From the NCBI GenBank assembly GCA_964016885.1, contig OZ024741.1, positions 163,928,001 to 163,992,000 on the forward strand: a DNA stretch of 64,000 nucleotides, read 5' to 3'. The notes below the pieces were generated by a model. That model was not told the origin of the DNA, did not search any database, and was given only the letters and a program-made list of their open reading frames with translations. Below, piece after piece: positions 58,018 to 64,000 of this stretch. Source of the stretch: Eledone cirrhosa (lineage: Eukaryota). Each line of letters begins with the position of its first letter. Within the stretch, counting starts at the first letter, position 1. The translations under genes and the position numbers were made by a program.

Positions 58018-59943
58018 ATGGATTGCACTACATACAACAACTTCATTCGAAAAGAATTACATAAAAAATATAGAAAAACGAGTGAAGTAACCCTTAAGCA
58101 CATCAATGATGAGGCATGCGAAATAGTGAAAAATCTCGGAATCGAAGATAGGACCGGACCACTCTTACCGGCGGTACCCACCTTCAATCTTAAGGACCAC
58201 AAGGTAAACTTTGATAATGACCCTAAAATTAGATTAATCTGCCCCTCTAAATCAGATATAGGTAAAATAAGCAAATATATCTTAGATAGAATCATCCCCC
58301 AAATTAACATTAAACTCTGGGGGAAGACCCAAGAAGCAATAAGATGGTTTAATAGCATTAGCAATAAGAATAAATCTAAGTTTATCCAGTTTGATATCGA
58401 TGAATATTACTCATCGATATCACCTGAAACTTTGAATAGAGCCATTAAGTTTGCTAAGGATAACTCTGACCTTACAAACGATGAAATTAAGATTATATTA
58501 GAAGCTAGGAAAACTATAGTCAAATTTGAGAACAGTTATTGGGTACGTAAAGATAGACCCTCTAACTTTGACATAACAATGGGCTCTAACGATTCGGCGG
58601 AAATAACTGATATTGTGGGGTTATTTATCGCCTTTAGACTCCAGGAAAAATTCAGCAATCTCCACGGCGGAATATACCGCGACGATGTTCTCCTCCTAGC
58701 TAAAAACCTTAATAACCAAAAACTAGAAAAACTACGCAAAGATATAAGAAAACTACTACTCGAAATAGGACTAACTATAACGTATGAATACAACCTTAAA
58801 GTAGTTAACTTCCTGGATGCCACACTCAATTTAAACTCTGGTTTGATTAAACCGTTTCATAAATTGAATGAAAATCTCAAATACGTAAATGTTGGGTCTA
58901 ACCACCCCATCTCTATAATTAAATCTATCCCTAAAAATATTTCCCTTAGAATCTCGGGTCTATCTTCTAACATACAAGTATTTAAGGAACACGCCGAGTA
59001 CTACGATAACGCCCTTAGTAAAGCAGGCTACCTCAACAAAATAGAGTACATAGATGGGAACAATCAAAACACCCAAAATAAATCCCTCATAGGTAGATAT
59101 AATAACACAACACCAAACCACACTTACTACCATAGTATGCACACCAGTAAACCAACAAACAAAACTAATAGAAAGCGATGCAAAGAGTACTTATGGTATA
59201 ACCCTGAATACAATAGTTCCATTAGTACAAATTTACCAGTACTCTTCTTTAAAATAATTAAAAGACATTTTCCCACATCACACAAATACCACAAAATCCT
59301 AAACCCTACCACTATAAGACTGTCATACTCTACAGCGTTAAACCTTGAACAATACATAAAAAAGATCAATACTAGAAGGTTAAACGAAAACACTAAGAAC
59401 TTAAGTACAAAGAACACAAAAAAAACAGTAGACAATACACTACAGAACATAAATAAACCACACCTAAGTTCGTCCGCAATACTACTCCAGAGAAAACCCA
59501 ACGTACACAACTGTAACTGCACCTATCCTGACAACTGCCCCCTCGGCAATAACTGCCTGGAAAAAAATATTATTTATAAGTGTACCATTAAATCCGGAGG
59601 CAACGAGTGGTATTACGTGGGATCAACGGCAACATCGTTTAAATCTCGATTGTATAGGCATTCTTACTCAATAAAACACCAGAGCCAAAGAAATGTAACA
59701 ACTTTAGCAGAAAAAGCTTGGACGCTCAAGGATAGCGATCAAAAGTTTACCCTAAAATGGGAAAAATTAGCTAAAACCCAAAGCTTTTCCAGGAGCCAAA
59801 ATTTCTGCAAATTGTGTAATCTTGAGATTTATTACATAATCACACACAAGAAGAAACTGCTGAATAACAGAATTGAACGAACATTATTCTGCCGTCACAG
59901 AACTAAAACCCTTTTTTCCCACTACAAGCCGAATATTACATAA
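58018..59943 (+). CDS. PLE reverse transcriptase + GIY-YIG endonuclease
   Basis: 641-aa ORF with FDIDEYY, MGSNDSAEITDIVG, YRDD, NFLD, CNC-x6-CPLGNNC, IIY-x11-YYVG and CKLCNLE; frame is open upstream through VKADKTS. Confidence 0.96.
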   Translation: MDCTTYNNFIRKELHKKYRKTSEVTLKHINDEACEIVKNLGIEDRTGPLLPAVPTFNLKDHKVNFDNDPKIRLICPSKSDIGKISKYILDRIIPQINIKLWGKTQEAIRWFNSISNKNKSKFIQFDIDEYYSSISPETLNRAIKFAKDNSDLTNDEIKIILEARKTIVKFENSYWVRKDRPSNFDITMGSNDSAEITDIVGLFIAFRLQEKFSNLHGGIYRDDVLLLAKNLNNQKLEKLRKDIRKLLLEIGLTITYEYNLKVVNFLDATLNLNSGLIKPFHKLNENLKYVNVGSNHPISIIKSIPKNISLRISGLSSNIQVFKEHAEYYDNALSKAGYLNKIEYIDGNNQNTQNKSLIGRYNNTTPNHTYYHSMHTSKPTNKTNRKRCKEYLWYNPEYNSSISTNLPVLFFKIIKRHFPTSHKYHKILNPTTIRLSYSTALNLEQYIKKINTRRLNENTKNLSTKNTKKTVDNTLQNINKPHLSSSAILLQRKPNVHNCNCTYPDNCPLGNNCLEKNIIYKCTIKSGGNEWYYVGSTATSFKSRLYRHSYSIKHQSQRNVTTLAEKAWTLKDSDQKFTLKWEKLAKTQSFSRSQNFCKLCNLEIYYIITHKKKLLNNRIERTLFCRHRTKTLFSHYKPNIT

Positions 59944-60210
59944 AAGAGGGACATCCCCCAACTATATAAACCTTAATCTAGTTAGAAAAATATAAAAACA
60001 ATCTCTTCTCAACATATATTAATAACCTTAAATTACCACACTAATAATGGAAAGATATGCTGATGAGAATAGGTGCAAATATGCGATAATGAATGTGTCT
60101 AAAAACGTCCATAAGTATGTATATATATGTGAAAATGTATATAAATAAGTAAATATATATATATGTTTGATGTGTATAGTTAGATGTAAGTGTATTCATG
60201 TATTAAAGTG

Positions 60211-60317
<107 letters not shown>

Positions 60318-60792
60318 ATGTATGTATGTGTATATAGATGTGTATGTATGTGTATGTGTGTACACATGGACTAGAGTATGTATGTATATATGTGTATGTC
60401 TATACGTGTGTATATAAAGATAAGTTGAGTATGAATATGTGAATTGTGAGTATATGTATTTTGTAGAGGTGTGCAAATATATGTGTGTATGAATGCGTGG
60501 GTGAAAGGATACGTACACTTGAAAGAAAAATTTAAGTCTGAATGTTAATTAAGTGCAAATACAAAACCAACCACGCATATCTTTACTATCTCTAATCCTT
60601 CTATAGATTTAGAAAAATAACCAATAATATATTCTATAAAAAATGTCAAAACAACAGATGGGAATCTAATTACTCACTGCCACCAAGAATTCTCACTGCT
60701 ATCGAAAAACCACTCCTTCAACTATTCTTCTAACAACTTCACCCCTCCCTCCTAATATTCTCTATAAAAACTAAATAGGTCCTCAGTAATAT

Positions 60793-60910
60793 TATTCTGA
60801 TGAAATGACAGTAAATAATAACATTGAAATATTGAATGTCTGCATAACTAAAAGTTTGTAGATAGCAGCTGTTTTAGGTTATGTAACTGTTATAGAAACA
60901 CGTGTCAATA
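60793..60910 (+). ncRNA. Hammerhead ribozyme in the 3' pLTR
   Basis: Identical to 57310-57427. Confidence 0.88.
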
Positions 60911-61282
60911 AATTCCTTTCAACTAAACTGTATCCATTCAAATCTTTCTATATATATATATATATATTATTATTATTAACACTCTGCCTATATACCTTTT
61001 GCATGACTTATATTTCACTTGCTTGCTTTCACTGTACGCTTGTCTTGCACTTAATATGCATTGAGCACACTGTCCTCTTTGCTACTGGCTTATAATTATC
61101 ACAACTAGTCTCTAATCTCTCCTTCTTGATTGGTTTGTACACTTACAAGCTACAAAACTATGTTATATACATATATATATATATATATAGTTATGTGAAT
61201 GTTTGTATGCACTTGTGTGTGTGTTTTATGAGAGCTCATATAAATGCGTTTCCGTGACTATACTCACTTATACATTACATGT

Positions 61283-61283
<1 letters not shown>

Positions 61284-61340
<57 letters not shown>
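61284..61340. repeat. (AGT)n microsatellite
   Basis: Direct reading of the sequence. Confidence 0.95.
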
Positions 61341-61344
<4 letters not shown>

Positions 61345-62037
61345 CTACCACTATCTCTACTTATATTACTGCTACTTCTGCCGCTGTTGATGCTGCTGTG
61401 GCCTGGATGTCACTGGAATAATTTCATCTAAGTCAATCAACATACATTATATTTACTAGCAATAAATGTCGTGTGGCTTCGTCAAATAAATCCCAGTCTC
61501 ACATTTACAAGGGACGGAACTATCAGAGGTCATGTTTATAAAGATAATTGCACTCTAGAGCGATATTTGCTTAAACAGCATTGTAGGAGAAACTGTAGAA
61601 ATGCTTTTTATGTATCATATGACCAGTAATCACTTACTACTAGACCCTCGTGTATCTGACCATAGATAACGTTAAGTGATTAGAGAAAAAAATTAAGGAA
61701 GGAGATCAGGGGGTTTGGGTAGGAGTAGGAACAAAATCAGGTGGACGGGGGCAGAGAAGAAGGTCATCAAAGGAAAAAAACAACAATGTAGAAGAGGTAG
61801 GGGATATAAAATTATTATTAATGATAATTACTTGCATAGACAAAAGTCTCTAAATTCATAAAAGTGACTGCTGTGACATTTCTGTATTTTCTAAAAATAT
61901 GTAATGTGTTTGAAATGAAAATTGAATCCATGTTACATATTTACACTGAATTTTTACACTATGTCACAGAAAAATATGTTCGTTATTGATTAGTTACGCT
62001 TGCTCTTTACTTCCTTATGTTTGTCCATCGACATTAA

Positions 62038-62220
62038 TAATTGTTTCTACTTTTGGCACAAGGCCAACAATTATCCCATTGTATTACTGGTACTTTATTT
62101 TATCGACCTCGTAAGGATGAAAGGCAAAGTTAACCTCAGTGGGATTTGAACTCAGAGCGTAAAGGGCCATAACTCTATCCTACAAAGCATGACGTCTGAC
62201 GCTCTACCGATACTGCCAAT
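62038..62220 (-). mobile_element. SINE copy (Nin/Deu-like family)
   Basis: Reverse complement of the family consensus including the tRNA-like head. Confidence 0.85.
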
Positions 62221-62558
62221 AATAATAACTAACTCTTTCAAGAATGTGGATCCTTTCATAAGCGTACATCATCTTCCAGCTCTTCCAGCGCGTTTCCTTG
62301 ACCATCCTCCAGAGAAACACCTTCTCGATTCTGTCCGCCGGGCCCCCATTTACTCATAATAGTAAGGAGAGATGGAGTGAGCAACAGAGACGGAGACAGT
62401 GACAGTGAGGAGTTTGGTTTCTTTGTGTCCCGACCTTGCGTATATGCATATATTTATTTACTGCACCTCGTCTACGTTAATGTTTTAAAAATCACAACTA
62501 CGACATATCTTTTATATTTCAGCCATCACCGTTGTTTTAATTATCTCATATATACATC

Positions 62559-62651
<93 letters not shown>

Positions 62652-63779
62652 GCACAATGAAAATACACAATAAAAAGTCTAAGAGAGGTTCTTTATTAGT
62701 TCATTGTTTTACGAGCGTTTAAGAGTTGTTGATTGATGATGGTGATCGATATATTGACTAGCAAGTAATAGTTTGGTCCCTACCTATTTATAGTTTCGAA
62801 ACTCTCGATCCACCGTCTTCCTCAGAAACACCGTCTTCCTCAGAAACAATAGCACTCGCCTCCTAATCTTCTTGAAACCATCTGTGGAGTTATGCAATCC
62901 ACACTCCGATCAGTCATCGGTGATGCAAACAGAATAAAGCGCTCGACAGCCTACACTAATCCACGCTTGATTTGGTAGTCCACGCCGGAGCATACATGTC
63001 AGTAAATATAGTAAAGGCCATATGAAGTTGTGTATAAATTGATTTAATTAGCTATTATATATATTTCACTGGGGTCAACGATTACCTGGCGTGATTTACA
63101 CCCATCAAACGGCCCGAGTTCATCAGATAGTAATAATAAGTTTTTCGATAGGAGAGGCCGACGTTTAGCCTGGTGCCATTGAGCTGGCCGACCCCCATAT
63201 CATTTCTATCCGTCTGTAACACTAGGGCGGAAGTGAGAGTTAGTCTCCCACTTCCGCTAGATATCAACTTTTTAGCAAGTCATAGGCATGAAAATACCTA
63301 ACATCCCCGCCTCCTCTCTATAAAGATAGTAGTCCACGTGTACTGCGAATGCAAGAAAGAAGACATATTCCTAAGCCAGGCTTTGTAAGCCTCCTTCTTT
63401 GATCAGATAGCATCTTTAACTTCCTGATTGAATAAGGAATTACATCGAAACACTTTCGCTCGCAGCATTTAACGACTGAAGTATAAACTGCCCAGTTGAA
63501 CGTCCTCATTTTGTTCAGGATGTTCTCTGAATTTGTATGCAATAGTATTCGCACAGCTGGTCCTGGTCTCATTATCTGCCAGCGTTTCCCACTTTATCAT
63601 GTAGATTTGTGGGTTTTCTTGATTTTAAGTAGTCTCAGGCTGCAGACAATTAGGTGATACTCAGTTGAAGGTTCAGTCCCTCTAAATACCAACATCCAGT
63701 ACACAATCAAAGAAATCGAAGATAATAAAAAACAAATTATTAATCTATGTGCCTTATTTCATTTACATATATATATACC

Positions 63780-63900
<121 letters not shown>

Positions 63901-63933
63901 CGTGCATGTGTGTGTGCGTGTGTGTGTATGTTT

Positions 63934-64000
63934 GAAGGCGCGTGGCTTAGAGATTAATGCATTGGGTTTCCAATCGTGGAGTTGCGCGTTCGATTTCAGG
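63934..64000 (+). mobile_element. tRNA-derived SINE head, cut by the window edge
   Basis: GAAGGCGCGTGGCTTAG...GTTCGATT; matches 19060-19122 (-). Confidence 0.65.

Noticed and set aside
57927-59522. Minus-strand ORFs inside the PLE ORF
   Set aside because: Antisense shadows of the RT frame with no recognisable motifs.

Overview
AT-rich, microsatellite-dense eukaryotic DNA with no host protein-coding exon I can support. The SINE family and repeat style suggest a coleoid cephalopod such as Octopus, but that is an inference. Most ORFs in the track are (TA)n/(CA)n artefacts. The window is dominated by Penelope-like retroelements (PLEs) and their non-coding relatives. One near-intact RT + GIY-YIG element lies at 56.3-60.95 kb, with tandem and inverted pseudo-LTRs and a single +1 frameshift in an A8 run. 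Two decayed Neptune-like elements are also present. I read by eye about 20 type I hammerhead ribozyme motifs from about 12 sequence families, many with long branched helix II and palindromic helix III. Several 0.5-1 kb non-coding units have terminal direct redundancy, and one hammerhead-bearing family occurs in two different circular permutations (15.5 kb and 54.5 kb), as expected for retrozyme-like elements copied from circular or multimeric RNA. Three further elements carry a non-canonical hammerhead-like core. The rest is tRNA-derived SINEs, Helitron, mariner, pogo and LINE remnants. All folds and alignments were done manually and repeat boundaries are approximate.
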